A stretch of DNA of 64,000 nt from Camelus dromedarius (GCF_036321535.1 NC_087437.1:12712001-12776000); one strand, 5' to 3'; shown: positions 23,846 to 38,556, counted from the stretch's first letter. The notes: generated by a model from the sequence alone, not told the origin. Numbers and translations are program-made.

Positions 23846-26547
23846 TCCCCCAAAATATAATTTATAGCACAGATACTCAAAATGTGGTTAGTGGGATAGT
23901 TCCTTCCATGAACTGTTTGTGGTGAGTCCTTAAAGGGTTGAGGAGCTTGCACCAAAATAGAAATTGTAGCAAGACTCTCAAAAAGGCAACCGTGCATTAA
24001 TTAGCCAAATATAAGTTTCCTATCTCCCTAAATAGGCTCCTTTGAGTAGCACTGGTCTACAGCACCTCACACGTGAAACAATGATTTCCAGTGTCTTTAG
24101 TGACTAATCTCCTGAGACTGAAATGAGGAGGGCTAGTGATTCTGAAAGAGGGGTTACTGCAAAGTTTCCATACTGGCAAATGGATCTCGGGGGCAGGAAG
24201 GAAAGAAGTGGCCCTTGAGGGAAGTAACAGAGGGGAGCTGAGGCAGGGAATGGAATGGATCAGCAGAAAGGAAGGAACAGAAATGTAGAGATACTGCGAC
24301 AGGGAAAGCTGAACAAGAAAACCAGAGCTAAGAGAACAGTAATAACAATTTAGCCAAGCTTGGCTTCTTTAAGCAGCACACGGAGAGCTTAAAGATGTTG
24401 GTGCCAACCTGCCACCCCACTGCCCTGGCTGGGATACAGAAAGATTGAGATGAGAGTCAGCAATCTATGTAACAAGCACCCCAGACAATTCCAATGCAAG
24501 TGGTTCTTAAACTTCGCGTTGAAACACCGAACCACAGGAAGAAGCTGAAAATGAATGCGCGTGGAAGTACAGAAATAATTTCTGGGATTTTACGGACTCT
24601 GTAGCAGTCAGAGGACTCAAAATTGAAGCTGAGTCTGCTTTTTTTTTTGAAAAAGAGAAATCGATGCTTAAACATTTTGCAGTATCAGCATTTGAATTAT
24701 TCTTCTTCTAATTAGAAATCAGGGCTTTAAACAAGTCTCTATTTTTAATTCAGACATCAAAAATAGAAGGCAGTAATAAAAGATGTTAGGATGTAATAAT
24801 AAAATTAAGTAAAAGCTACAGTTTAAATGACTTTCAGCTTCTCTCAATTTATAGTTTTAGAGGTGTACTTCATCAATGTGTTACAATTGAAATAACTTCA
24901 ATTAAGCTAAGTATTGGGTTCGAGTAAAAAGAGCTAACAGTTAGGGCTCAAGTTTAAAGACAGATACAAACATAGGGAGCCTAGGCCTTAAATATATTTA
25001 TCAACCAACCCCAGGCATTTACTGAACACCAACCACATAACCATCATTATATGGGCAAGATGGAAAAGAAGACAAATTTACAACATTTAAACTGATTATA
25101 CTTCAATTTTTTTTAAAAAGATAAAAGATACGCTAAAAAAAATGAAGACAAATTTAAGACATTGTCCTTGGCTCTAAGGGTACTATAAATATGGAGACAA
25201 GGCTTTGAATAATAAATGAGAATCATTTATTCATTCAACAAACATTTACTGAGTACCTAGAGGGACTGGTGAGTATGAAAGAATAGTCATTTTGTATTTG
25301 TTGTATTATTTTTATGCCTTTTTGAATGCCTGAAATCATTTGTAATAAATGATCTTAAAGCAGTTATTAAATTGTTTAGTTTTAGTGTCAGTTGGTGACT
25401 AACAACTGCTAATACTGATTTCAGATTTTGAAAAAGAGATGTAGCAGTTGAGGCAGAATTAGGATTAACACTAATTGGAAATCATGCCTTCAAATTGATC
25501 CTAAAGCCAAAAAAAAAAAAAAAATCTGGTAATTACTTTTTGTTTTGAATTACTTGGACTTACCTTTCCTTTTAAGGTGACTTTAGTATGAATTCTTTAT
25601 TTTTTTCATTCTGTAACTTAATAAACATACTGCCTGGTATGTTTTATACACGTGTATTTTGGTCTCTGAATAGAGCTGGGGGAGGGTCCCTGCCTAGGCT
25701 ATGTCCTACAGATTGTTAATAAGATTCCTTTCAAGTATAAAAGATCCTTGTTGTAAAAACAGTATAATTGAACAGTGTAATACTTAGACTACGGGCTTGC
25801 CACATTTCTCAGTCTTTTACTGAACAGAGTTGTGTTTCTAAGAATATGGGTGATGTTCCATTCACAAGAAAGATACCTGTGAAATAACAGAAACATGATG
25901 GCAACAGGTTTTCCTGATAAAGAGTGATTAGAGTCATGAATCATTTAAGTCCATGTACTCGCCCAGAAAAGTATTTCAATATGTTGACCAGCCAAGCTCC
26001 CTGTACAATGTATAAATGTTAATCCCAAAGTAAAATCTCTGCTGGGTGGAAATTTAAAATCCAGAGTAAAGATAACAGGGGAAAAGGGAGACATTTAATT
26101 TAAAAGAAAGAGGATAAGAATTTTAATGCACCTGGTTTAGCTTTTGTGTGTTTACAAAGTCCTATAAACTGATTGTGGAGAATATTTTTCCTTCGCTGTT
26201 CCCTGTATGCCAGGATTAGGTAGCGGCATTTACATCTCCCCTCTGGAACCGCAGCAGTGTTTTGCTGTGTCTTGCTGAGTGTATCTGATAGCTTGCACTT
26301 ACCCGCAGTTCTGAGTCCTTCACTCTCACCCATCAGACGCCTCCTTCCATCTTGTCCAAGTCCTTCATCCCCATCAGACCAAAGCTCCTCCTTCCATGAT
26401 GCTTTTCAACCTCCGCAACTTCCTTTTCCCTCTTTCCCTTCTATTGGGCTCCCGTGGCAGCACTCCAGCCCTGTCTCCCTCGCTCCCCTGGCTTCACTCT
26501 GACCGCATGACCACCGGGTACTGCTGGAGAAAATCACAAAACCCATC

Positions 26548-26712
26548 CTACTACTCAGAGCCCCGCAGCATCGGCGTTACCTGGGAGCGCGTGGGGCTGC
26601 AGATCTCAGCCCTGCCTCCGGCCCACGGAATCAGAATTCATAGTTTAACAAGATCCCCAGGTGATCCCTATACACCTGGAAATTGGCAAGCTAAACACAA
26701 AACACCGGTGTT
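26548..26712. mobile_element. MER5A-like hAT-Charlie DNA transposon
   Basis: cagcatcggcgttacctgggagc...tgcagatctcagccctgcc...gaatcagaa...tttaacaagatccccaggtgat. Confidence 0.75.
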
Positions 26713-29700
26713 GCTACAAGAGCCATGGTCTCCAGTCACAAGTGGCCTCGGCCAGCTCTGGACACCTGGGGCAGGGTTCCCTGGGCAGCACGTCATCCCA
26801 TTCCCTAGAGCTGTGGTTTCAAACTTGATCTTCTCTTTGGAAATCCATCCATTACTTTTACCCTCTTGTCAGCCAATAGCATTACCTCTTCCTTCATTGC
26901 GGGAAAAAAAAAATGTCAGAAAGTCCTCCATTGCTGCCCCACTGCCTTACATCCCATCACAGTTCCGCTTACCTCTGCACCTATATCTTATCCCTCTCCT
27001 CAAAGACAGAAGAGGTGGCTTTCCCACAGACTGTGCTCAGATCCTCATCTGTACCCTCAGGTCCATCTTCTCCCCCCACCTCCTGGGTTTTACTCCAGAA
27101 ACAGAGAGGGAGGGAAGGGGGGAGGGAGGATGCGAGTCTGGAGAAGCAGGTGGTGCAGGGCCGAGCAGACTGTGGGAAGAGCTCCACGTTTACACCCAGT
27201 GAAGCGGGAGCTGCTTGAGTTTTGAGCAAGAGTGGCAAGTTCTGGCTTGATGCCCAGCCGCCCAGACTCCACCCTCCCCACCCTGCTCCTCTGCCTGTTC
27301 TCTGTCTCAGTGAAAGGCCCTTCCATCCTCCTGAATCCAACAATTCTCATTCTCTTCTTAAAGTTCACAGACTCGCAGTAAAATACTCCAGTTTTCAAGC
27401 CACCATTATTCTGTGCAAGCGGTCCTGGTGACTAACATCTCACAGTCTATAATGCTGTGAGCATAGTTTTAAAATCAGTTTTTCAAATCCAACAAGTACA
27501 AGTCCTTCAAATCTAAGGATCACTTTTAAAAAAGAAAATACAGGAATGGTCTTAGAAACAAGATAGCGAATGTCTTACAGTAAGGTATTTGGTCTTTCTG
27601 TGTGTCAGAAACATGTTTATCACCAAGCAGGGCATTTCCTGTGTGTTCTGGCAGGGACCCAAGAGAACATCCCGTGGAGTACAAAAAGCATGACTTAACA
27701 GGGGGGCAAAGCGGGGACAACGGAGTGACCGGGCTGGGGCCACACACAGCTCAGAGGAACACGCGCTCCCTCCTGGCTCCTTGATTTTCCCGCTTTCACG
27801 TAACCCCTCAGAAAAGCCAAACCCCAGCAGGTGTACCTTTATTTTTTTTGCCAGTCTTTGTTGAAGAAGTAAAAACCATGTCACCACATTCTTTTTGAGA
27901 GGTGAGGGCAAGGCGGTGGCAGGCCCTGGAACCTTCTGGGAGAAGTGCCAGCTACGGAGGCGGTCTCAGTGGTCAAGTCATGGCAGGATCCTGCCCCACA
28001 ACCCAGACACCTCAAGCACCTCAGCCCTTGAGGCAAAGTTTACTTTCGCCTACTCCTATGGTTCTCTCCTGGCCCAGGACTATGATTTTTTTTTCCTATT
28101 CAATGTGATGTAGGTTTTATATCAATCCCAAAGAAAATCCACAGCCTTCTTGGTGGCCCCTTTGGAAAGGCATACATTGAGATAATGCTCTATATACAAA
28201 TTCCTCCCACAGAAGGAGGAGGAGGGGTGGGCAGCTCATAGACGTTAAGAAGGTGCTTGCATCGCTCAGGGAAACTGGTTATTCAAGAAATGTTTAAACT
28301 ATTGCAGTGCATGTAAAGAAAGTAGCACACCCGGTCATCATCTGTCTAAGGAGCTCTTATCCAGGGATGGTGTCTGGCATCATTACTGAGGCCATAAATG
28401 AATGAACATGTCCCGTCCTGAAGCCTTGAACTTCTGCACACAGTGACTTAGATCATAGCATTACGGATGAGCATCTGAGACAATGCAGCCTAACTTTCAG
28501 TGCACCAGGCTCTCATTAGCTTTGGATGAGAGGAAGACGCAAAGGACTCCAGGCTCTTGGCTTTTGATTTCTTGGCATTTTTTTCACCTCCAAGGATCCT
28601 AGAGTCTTGACCCTAGGAGATGCAGATCTGAGAGAGAGGTAAGTGAGTTCTGCCTGGGACATTCAAGGGACTATCTCCACTCAATGGGAGGAGATGGGTC
28701 TGGAACTCAGGTTAGAAGCCTGAGCTGCAGATAAAAGCTCGCAACATGCCAGCGCAGGTTTACTAGGTAAAGCCACGCAGCACGGGCCCAGGGAGAGCAT
28801 GCAAGGCGGGAAGAGGCTGTAGGGCAGGACGACCCACCTGACAAATCGCAGGTGATGCAGAGGAGGGTGACCCGCTGAGGGACGGAGTTTGGTAGTGTGA
28901 GTGAGGCAGAAGCTGAGATGAGTCAGCCCAGAGTCAGGGCTGTGTGGGAAGGGAAGTAAAGCCACGAGCAGAGGGAGAGGCTTGGAAAAAAGGGAGCAGT
29001 CAAAGGATTTACTGGCCTTGTAGCTTGAACCTGTCACTTAACATCCCTCCTGAAACTTGCCGTTTCATGTACAACTGGTCAAGCAGTTATTTACCACCTA
29101 TCGAGGTGCATGGTTCCCTTTACATCATGTCTTGCACGAAACCTAGGAGTTGCAAGATACACATTTCTGGCAGCAGAAACAAGCAGAGAGGCCCCTCCTC
29201 CCATAAACTTCACATTCTTCTTCCAGCTGCATGCCAGACCAACACTAACCACGGTGTACTGCTCCCTCAGGACAGCAGGAATGTGAAAACAGAACAGGAC
29301 TGAAATCTATTAAGATTCATATCCATAGAAGTTTTACGAAGCTCACAAAGGACATGAGAAAAAAATGAGAATTAAGCGTAGCACAACCCTCAGTCTTTAA
29401 ATTGCTTAGAGGTTGAATCAAAGTGCTTGAGTTAATTAGAATTTCCTTTTTGGGCGAGAGAACCTAGTTCAACAAAGCTATTCAGTTTGGCTATTGGAAG
29501 AGAAACTCAGTAATATATCAGGCTTTGGAGAAAAGTAATAAAACCCACTTATGATCTGAATCCTGAAAACCTCAAGACCCCAATTTACTTAGTCATGGAT
29601 TCCATTCTTAAAATGTTACGAACACTGCAAAAAGGGGAAAAAATAAAGCCATACTTGTGCTCTTGAAACCTAAATGTTTATCCTCATATTTGTCTGTGTT

Positions 29701-30025
29701 ATTTTAGCCTGGTGCTACAGCTCTGCAAAATAGGAACAAAAGCTTTTCTCTTTCTTTTCTTTTTTTAAAGTTTGAAACACTTAAAAATCCTTTTGAAAGA
29801 GAACAGTAATCATAGACTGTTACTGAACATAGAAAATAAGCTGCATTAACTTCTCATGCTTTGAGGTACACAGTTTGTGCTCAGGTACTGTGTAGTTAAA
29901 AACAAAAATACCCACATCTGAGTGATGGAGACCTTCTGGAATGCCCAGCACCACTCATCCTTGTTGTAACAAGACTTCTCTCTGGTTCTGAGACCTCCCA
30001 GGGTGGTGAGCACTGGCAGAGGGAG

Positions 30026-30337
30026 TGATGTGGTCTGAATGTTTGTGCCCGCCCAACATTCATTTGTTGAAATCCTAATTGTCTGATGTGATGGTTTAGT
30101 AGGTGCGGCCTTTGGGAGGGGCTTAAATCATAGGGCTGGAGCCCTCGTGGATGGCATCAGTGCACTTATAAAAGGAGCTCCAGAGAGGAACCACCAGACG
30201 ACTGCAGACCCAGAGAGGTGCCTCCCCTGCCGAGCTGCACTGACTTCTAACTTCCAGGACCACGGGCGATAACTATCCATTGTTTATAAGCTGTCCAGTT
30301 TACGGCATTTTGTTATAGCAGCAAATGGACTGAGACA
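30026..30337 (+). mobile_element. MLT1A-like MaLR solo LTR
   Basis: tgatgtggtctgaatgtttgtgccc...cattttgttatagcagcaaatggactgagaca; near-TSD gggag / ggaag. Confidence 0.85.
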
Positions 30338-33300
30338 GGAAGGGAGCCTTTCTTGGTCCAAACAGAGAGAAAGGTTAAAATCCTGGAGAGGAAGGCTTTG
30401 ATTGTGTGTGGTGTTGGGAGGACGGGGCGGGGGAAGGTGCATTTATTCTCCGATGCCCACTGCTGGCACACTCCACAAATGTTTCCATACAACAAATGAA
30501 CGCATTCTAGTTCCCATTTTGCTGTTAACTTGTTGTGTGACTTCAGGTAAGTGATTCTGCTTGACCCTCGGTTTTTTCATCTGGAAGGTGGGGCCGACCC
30601 CTGAGGTAACCCGCATGAACACAGTTCATGAACTCTGAAGCTCTGAGCACCTGAAGAAATAAGAGTAAGAGCTGGCTCTGTTTTGCTAAAATACTAGCAG
30701 ATATCAACCCTTCAGTGTCAAAAACACTGCCAATATTTTCAGTGTCTTTCTTTTAATCAACAACTTTCTTTAGCTTGTAAAAATACGTGTTCTTCCCCAA
30801 AGGCTAAAGCTAATTTCATTATAAAATTTTTAAAAGTTGGTCTGGAATGGTTTTGTTTTTTTGGAATTGAACCTTATTTTATGAAGAAAATCTTGTTCGC
30901 TTTGGTTTTAAATAAAATGGAATTTCTAAGCTGCTCCACAAAGACTCATTTTTATGTGTAGTCTAGTAACCTACATTCCTGCTATTAATTCTAAGTTCTG
31001 ACAACAACTACAGCCACACCTACTGCCACTAGTCTCTTACTGTAATTGATTGAATACGTACTACCTCGCAAGAGCTATGCTCCGCATTTTGTGTATACTC
31101 CCTTTAAGCTTTGTAACAACTCAGTAGGGAAGATAGTATTGCTTTTCCACACATGTAAAAAGAGGCTTTGAAACGTTAAGGGACTTTCTCCAGCTAAGAT
31201 ATAATAGAGCCAAATTTTAACCAGGTCTGGCTTATTTAAAAGTCATTGATGTTTCCACTATAACAACTAACTGACTTCAAAACACAGACTTATGGAACAA
31301 CACAAGCCATCAATAAACTTAAGTCTATATTTATGAATATCAGAAACGTTGATTCATTTAAAAAAGAAGATTCGTTTTAAAAAGAAGAAAAAAGTTCATA
31401 ATATCTAATTTTTCCAAAAATCCCTGCAAAGTTTGCCTCAAATTACCACACTTAAAGCTCTTCCTTTTTTGGTGCAAATTTAATCAAGTCAACAATATAT
31501 ACTCTTTTGACATTTTCTAATTCAAATAATAGAACAGCCTTGATAATACTAAAAATGAATGTTTAAAAAGGCCTCTGAAGAAAACAATGCTCCTATGTAC
31601 GAATAATCCTTAAAAGATTTAAAAAATAATGACCCCCCCCATCAGGCATATAAAGGCTGTTTCTGCATTTTTCATCTTTTACATCATATATTCTTACTGA
31701 TTTCCACATCAACAGGGAATAACTTGTTTTGTGGTAGCTGTTGAGTCTTTCCAGATTCTGCTACAGCTGTTACCTTCTGCTTAAGAATAAATAACTTGTA
31801 GTATTAACTCACTGACTGCAGGCAAGATGGTCAAGAAACAGGCAACAGAAGTTGGCTTGAAGCCCTCTGAACACACAGTTGCTCTCTGAAGTTCCAGTCC
31901 ACACAATAGCAATTTATAGTAGCAACCTCATGCCAGCACAGTGAGAGAAATGTTAAATTTAGCTTATTGGCAGGAATAGCCTACCACAGCTTAAAAGAGT
32001 TCTACAGGTTTTAAATAACTTTGAAACATAAACTAATTTCCCACACTTCCTCCTGGGCAGCTTGGAACACGGGCAACTTGACACTCAGCCTACAATTAGA
32101 AAGTTTAGAGTGTGTAATCAGAGGAGCTAAAAGACCTTCAAACTGTGAACCAAAGAAATGTGCAGATTGCAGTCAGTCATTCAGGAGCTAATTATTCAGA
32201 ATCATCCAGTATCAGCCAGAGTCCATCTAGCTAATCTCCTTCCTTTCCTCCATTTTCAGTCACTGATCAGCAAGATGTGCATTTTTCAGGAGTACTTATA
32301 AGAATTAAGCTGAGAGAAAAAAAAGCAAACTCTCCCATCAGCTAATAGTTAGGGCTCTAAAACATAGTTCTGGTAAAAAAAAACTTCGGTAGCAGAGGGA
32401 TGATACACCAGAATCACCCCAGGAACTGTTTCAACCAACTCATTGGTTTCGTTCAGCTTGTGAACTTTGACTATACGTATCATTTTGAGATGGGCTTTAT
32501 GATTAATCTAAAGATCTTATTAAACCTTGCTTAAATTATCACAACTCTCGCAACTTTTAAATGAGGGAATGTGGAAGAGGAGAAAGTACTTCCACTCCAA
32601 ATGCAAACATTTACTATTTCATGTGAAGCTTCTCTTCAGCATCGATTAAACATGCTCAGTGAATTCAACTGATTTACAAACGTTTATGCGGTAGCCAACA
32701 CCCCTAACATTACAGTCTTGTTTAGTGGTGGTCTTGCTTCTGAGCAGCTCACCAACAGATGATTGGCAGGTTGGCTGGGTAGGAAAATAAAAGAATGGGA
32801 GGAAGGGTTGAGCGTACACAGGGACATAGAAAATAATGAGGCTGATTTGCAAGTGAGGATTATGAAAATCATTATCCTCACCTTAAAGATACAAATTGTG
32901 AATGATCCCAAGTTTTATCAAAAAAAGAAAAAAGATCAAGTTTTAATGAGGTGCAAGTTAGATTGTGACTCTAAATTATGTCACAGGATAAAAATGTACT
33001 TAGAGCTTTAATCTCCTTAGTTTATTTTACTGTCAACAATCATTTTACCATGCCACAGTGCAATTAGTTGTTCTAAATGAAGACAACCTAAAAGAAGATA
33101 GTGTCTTGGTTACGAGTTCGAGTTCAAGCTTAGTGAATCACATATTTAAGCTAAAACAAAACTGAAACTTAACATTTTGGAAACCTAGGGTGTTTACATA
33201 GTTTAGTGGTTTGCCTGACACATTTTGGAAACCAGTCATTGAGTTAGTTCAACAGGCAGTCAACATTTCTTAAAAATGTTGTGTGTGCCACGAATTCAAT

Positions 33301-35127
33301 TTGTGGGGAATCAAGGGCAAGTTTGAACTGGGGATTGATCTGATGAAACGAACGTTTTAGAAAGATCACATATCATGTTAGCAGTGATATGTGGATTATC
33401 TTGCAAAAGGGAGAAACCAGAGGCACAGAAAGCAATTAGGGAGGGATGAGGGCTCGGGTCATATTGTGGGGTTAGAAAGGAATGGGCGGGAGAGAGAAAT
33501 GTTTTAAAGGAATGATCAGTAAGAAGGACTCGATAAAGTTTCATGATAAAGTGGCATTATTGATAGAAACAGGAAAGCTGGGAAAAGGAACCACTTGGAG
33601 CTGAGGAGTTGGATTTGAGGCTGGAACAGAATACCTTCAGTTTAAGATGAGGGTAGCTGGATCGCTCTGATTAACTGTAAGAATCCTGTATGTGTAAGTG
33701 CTTCCTAATGGTGCCCACCATAATGTATGCAGTGGTTAGTTCTGAAAGAAGCAGTTTGTTATATTTTTACACATTTCCCTTCTGTTAATTAATACTGGGC
33801 AGGGTCTAACATCTATTCCAGAGAGCTGAGATTTAACTGTATCTTTGAAAGCTTTCTTTCTTCCACAATGAACACTGTCTCTATCTTATCAACATGCAGT
33901 CAACAGATTACAACATTTCATAGCTTGTCAGGAGATTGAGGGCCACACTTATCTTGCCTCATGCTGAGTTAATCACAGCCTGCCCTCATCTTTAAAATAA
34001 GTCACAGAGCCAGCGTATTCAGCTCAGTGTGGATCGCTGAATTCAGAGAATTCACATCTAAGCTTTCTTGTAAACAGGCCACAGCTCCAGAACCAACAGG
34101 CCTATCCGTGGCCATCAGGGTCTGTCTTAATGTCACATCCTCTCAAAATCACTGTCCTCCTGCAACGCCAAACACCTCTGCCACAGATTGCAGAAGTCCT
34201 TTCCAGTCATTACGATGTTCGGTTCATCTTTATGTTACATGAGAATAAGCAATAAAATTGCATTTTTTAAAGTATGTGATAAAGAGGAAGCAAGGAGATT
34301 GGGAAATGGAATGTTTGATGTTCGATATGTTTAGTTCATAAATGCGAGATTCAAATTTTAAAAATATCTCTGTAACCAATTACATACATACCACAAAATC
34401 TAGCTGATTAAATATATCTTGGAGTAAATCAAAAATGTCTTTTTAAAAGTCTTGCTTAAATATTTTCTCCCCCAAAAGTACAAGTCGTATGCTGAGGAGA
34501 CAAGTAGCTTCTTGAAGGCTGTGCTGGCACCCACAGTTCCCACTACAGTACTCAGTCCATAGGAGGGCGTCCAGTCATGACAGGAAGGGGACGAATTAAG
34601 TGCCTCGGTAACAGTCACAACAAATTGGTGACATCTCTACGATGTGATGAAAAGTATGGGAAATAGACTGAATCTGAATCACCTCAGGACATGTAATAGG
34701 CATTTTGATTTTGGGGGGAAATATTTACTAAGAGCTGCTTTTTCTTGTGATGTACCTCTTTCTCTTAAAAAACTTGACGAGCATCAAAACCAAACAACAA
34801 ACTGATCAAACCATAAAAAAAATCCAACCAGCGACTGGTTTGCTTCAAATTACGATGCATCTGTAGAGCTGATTAATATGCAATCATAAAAAATAATGAA
34901 AAGCACATTATGATTCACAAACATTTAAATTACAAAACATTATGTATAGTGAAATTCTATTTTTGAAAATATAGATACATCAATTTTAAAATATGTATCC
35001 TTATTTATATGAAGGCAAACGCCAAAATCTAAAAAGTAATTATTGCTGAGCAATGGGATCACAAGTGATTTTAATTTTTGCTTCTCTGTATTTTAATTTT
35101 TTCCATAGTGAACATATGAGAAAAAGT

Positions 35128-35276
35128 AATAAGAAAAAAATCCCCAATTTTAATTGCTTTCCAGTTAATAAAATATCAATAAGAAAAAAATCCCCAATTT
35201 TAATTGCTTTCCAGTTAATAAAATATCAATAAGAAAAAAATCCCAAATTTTAATTGCTTTCCAGTTAATAAAATAT
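35128..35276. repeat. Tandem repeat, 50-bp unit x3
   Basis: Unit aataagaaaaaaatccccaattttaattgctttccagttaataaaatatc starts at 35128, 35178 and 35228. Copies 1 and 2 are identical; copy 3 has one internal substitution. Confidence 0.97.
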
Positions 35277-37461
35277 TACTGCATGCTATTAAATTTCTTC
35301 AACATCTCTGATTTTCTTACAACATTTTTGAAAATAACTGCAAATTTACAAAAGATGATAAACATGAAGCCACATTATGAATGAGGAGAAAGTTATCTTA
35401 GCAAGTGTGGCCATGGTCAAAATTCTGGAAGATACAGTTTGTCCAGGCCTGGTTTCCAGGGAGATGGAAGATGAATGACAATGACTACTAGCATGCATTG
35501 AGTCCTATTATAACCAAATGCCATCCTAACGCTTTATATAAAATAGCTCTAATTCTTACCACATTCTGGAAAAGTTGGAATAATTATCTCCATGGATAGG
35601 AACTTACTTAAAGCTATACAACTGTTTAATAAAGTGGCTATACTAGAGCTGACAGGATATCAGTGAGACCAAAGCAGAGCAAATTTGGTCCAAGTAAAGA
35701 TGGAGAGATGCTAATAAGCACGGTTTCGCTGCATTGTTTCTCCTAATCAATGTTTGGTCCAATACCACTAAGCCAGATGGCTGGTCCTTCAACAGGTGGG
35801 GCCACAGTTGACATCACTAACACAACAGATGGAAGAGGGAAGTATTTTGTATGGAGGAAAGATGCATTGAGCTTATCTTGAAGACACACAGATATGTGGG
35901 CAACCAGAGTGAAAGAAAGGGGGACACTTGCAGCTAGCTGAAGGAATTGTGCAAACTCCATGGCCTGTCTAAGGCATTCAGAGCTTACAGTGAGAGATGG
36001 TAATGGATGGTGGTGTGTCCTGTTTGTAAGCATCATCTGTCAGGTGGAGGGGAGTGTAGGCAATAAAGCCACACCAAATTGCCAGCCATTCTGCTCAGAG
36101 GCTGGGCAGTCAGCTAGGTTCATCAGCTCAAGAAGTCACTCCTGGTTCGTCAGCCTACTTCTGTGTCTTGGTAAAATAATAATGAAATATTCTTCTCTTT
36201 GGAATTTGTGACAAGTATCTATTTGTCTGTGTATCACGATCTAAATGTGTGTATGTATCTTGCTTTAAATCCATCTCCCTCTTTACAATCTGAATGCCAT
36301 GAGGCCAGGGAGTTTTGTCTGAGTTATTTGTTGCTGTATTCCCCACACCTAAAATGATTCTTAATACAGATTAGGCTGTCAATAATATTTACTGAAGGCC
36401 TGAGTCAACGACGTCATGATCATCAAGTTGGCGCATACACAGCTGTTAACAAGAAGGCTGCCACAGAGGAGATGGCTGTGTTTGAGAACAGCAGTGGTTT
36501 ATCGGCACAGAAACGACCTCAGGGGATGGAGGTAGGGAAATCAGACATTCCAAGATGTCAGCCAGAAGTCCAGCTGTGGAAGTCACCTGATTCTAGGTTG
36601 ATCAGGGAAACTACGATATACGTTCAGTTCTATAAAAGAAATAGTGAAATTAAAAGGAAGACTCAAAATGGAGTTTGAGTAAAGGACCTCTTTGGTAAAA
36701 GACTGAAAGATGGATAATAAGAATTGACCATGCCAAAAAAAGTTTTAAAAAAGATGTGGAATGTGCCACTAGCTGTCAAACTGTCCCAGTGATTATTTTA
36801 ACTATAGATTTTAATTTAAATAATATTAGCATCAATTTTAATAGATGCGCACTTGCTGAAGTGATTACGGTAGCAGAAAGCTCATTTGGATCATGCCAAT
36901 AGGTCCAATCAGAAAAGGAACCAGAATGTGGGTTGAGTGCGAGTGAGTGCCAGTGCCCAAGGGAGAATGAGAAGATATCCATGTACCGAGACTGCTGCCT
37001 ATAGAGAAAGGTAAAGAAGAGCTGGAGCAGATCTTCAATGAATCCACAGCACAATGGGTGCAAAATTTTAAAACTGTGTCCTGGGGCAAAACTGCTCAAT
37101 ATTTCCCCCAAGAGCAGCAGTTTCCTGGTGAGGTGGGGAAGCCACTTGGAGTTGCTTTTACTCTGTAGTCTGCTTATCCTTTGCTGCCTTTCACTGTATC
37201 CCTTACGAGTGATGTGGTAGTTATCGCACAGGGTTCCTGGAATTAAGGGGCTCGTCATCTGATGTCTTCAGCAGAGTAGAGGTAAAAGTCAAACTGCAGT
37301 GGGTTCAGGGTGAAATAGGATGAAAAGAGCTAGGCTCAGTTAACTGAGAACACCATTTTTTTTTTCTTTCCCTCTCCTTTCTCCCTTTCTCCCTTTGGAG
37401 GTCACCTTGGTCTGCTCTAAGAGTTGAGAGAAGAGAATCAGGAAAAAAAAAATCCTTTTCT

Positions 37462-37555
37462 AAAATATCAAAACGAATATATGTATGTATATGCATGATG
37501 GGGACATTGTGCTGTACACCAGAGATCGACACAGTGTAATTGACTGTACTCTAAT
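37462..37555 (+). mobile_element. Short 5'-truncated young L1 3' end
   Basis: Resembles 1835-1925 (cattgtgctgtacaccaga). Exact 16-bp TSD aaaaaaatccttttct (37446-37461, 37556-37571). Confidence 0.85.
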
Positions 37556-38556
37556 AAAAAAATCCTTTTCTGTTAATTTTTTTTAAAGCAGCTAGCACAT
37601 AGTGATGCAAGGGAAACAACAAAAAATAACCCCACACTGGTAAGATCTTGTGAAAAACGAGAAAGAGACAGGTTAGCAACAGCAGAGTCTTCCAAAATAC
37701 GAGGCACTGGGCAAGGAATTGCTAACTTGTGGGGTGGCCTTGGGCCAATATCTTAACTTCTCTGACCTTCAATTTCCTCATCATAAAAATGAGAGCATTA
37801 GGTTAGAAAAGTAGATCTCGAATGCTTGTCCATTTAAGAATCAGGAATTTGTTAATAAACCTAGTTCTCTAGCCTCAACTCCAGGATTTTGACTTAAAAT
37901 CCCTGCACGAGGCCCAGGGACCTGCATGTTTTAAGTGAACCCCTCAGATGCTGTGATGCAGCCCTGACTCTGGGGATCCCTGACTGAAAGATACCACGCG
38001 TGTGAGGCATCTCCATCATAAAAGGAAAGCACCAGAAATGCTAAATGCACAGCGTGTAATTTCTTTTCTCTCTGTTTCTATTTATATAGTCCCCCTGAAA
38101 TACATTCACAAAGTTTAAAGTAGGAATCATTTCATAAATTGTATAATTTAATCTGTATGCAATTTCTTCTGCTGTGAGTGAAATCAAAATTACACCTTTT
38201 TCCCCCTAGAAAATGAGGCTTAAACACAGCATTGCATTCTAACTAAGAAAAATAATTAACTTGTATTCACAAAGTAAAATGAAAAGTTGTCCCAAAATAT
38301 CATGATTTATGAAATACGAGGTGGAGAGTAGAGTCTGAGAAATCAAATCTAGACTATTTCCATTCTCCTACTGAAAACCTGTTCGAAAAGGAGTGATTAT
38401 ATAATATGCATGCGTATTTGTTGACAAGGCATGCCTGCAGCTCCTGGGGCATCCGGGACTGGATGCCAGCGCTCTACTGAGCAGAGGCAGGAGAGCAGGA
38501 GGGGCAGCCCCTGTCCCCAGCTGGCGAGTCAGGCAGCACAGGAACCTGTGAGACCT

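Noticed and set aside
26396..27202. 268-aa ATG-initiated ORF
   Set aside because: It runs through a MER5A-like element and pyrimidine-rich degenerate sequence with no recognisable domain. A chance ORF is most likely, though a de novo ORF cannot be excluded without expression data.
35128..35276. CRISPR-like array
   Set aside because: Head-to-tail repeats with no unique spacers, in a mammalian genome with no cas genes.
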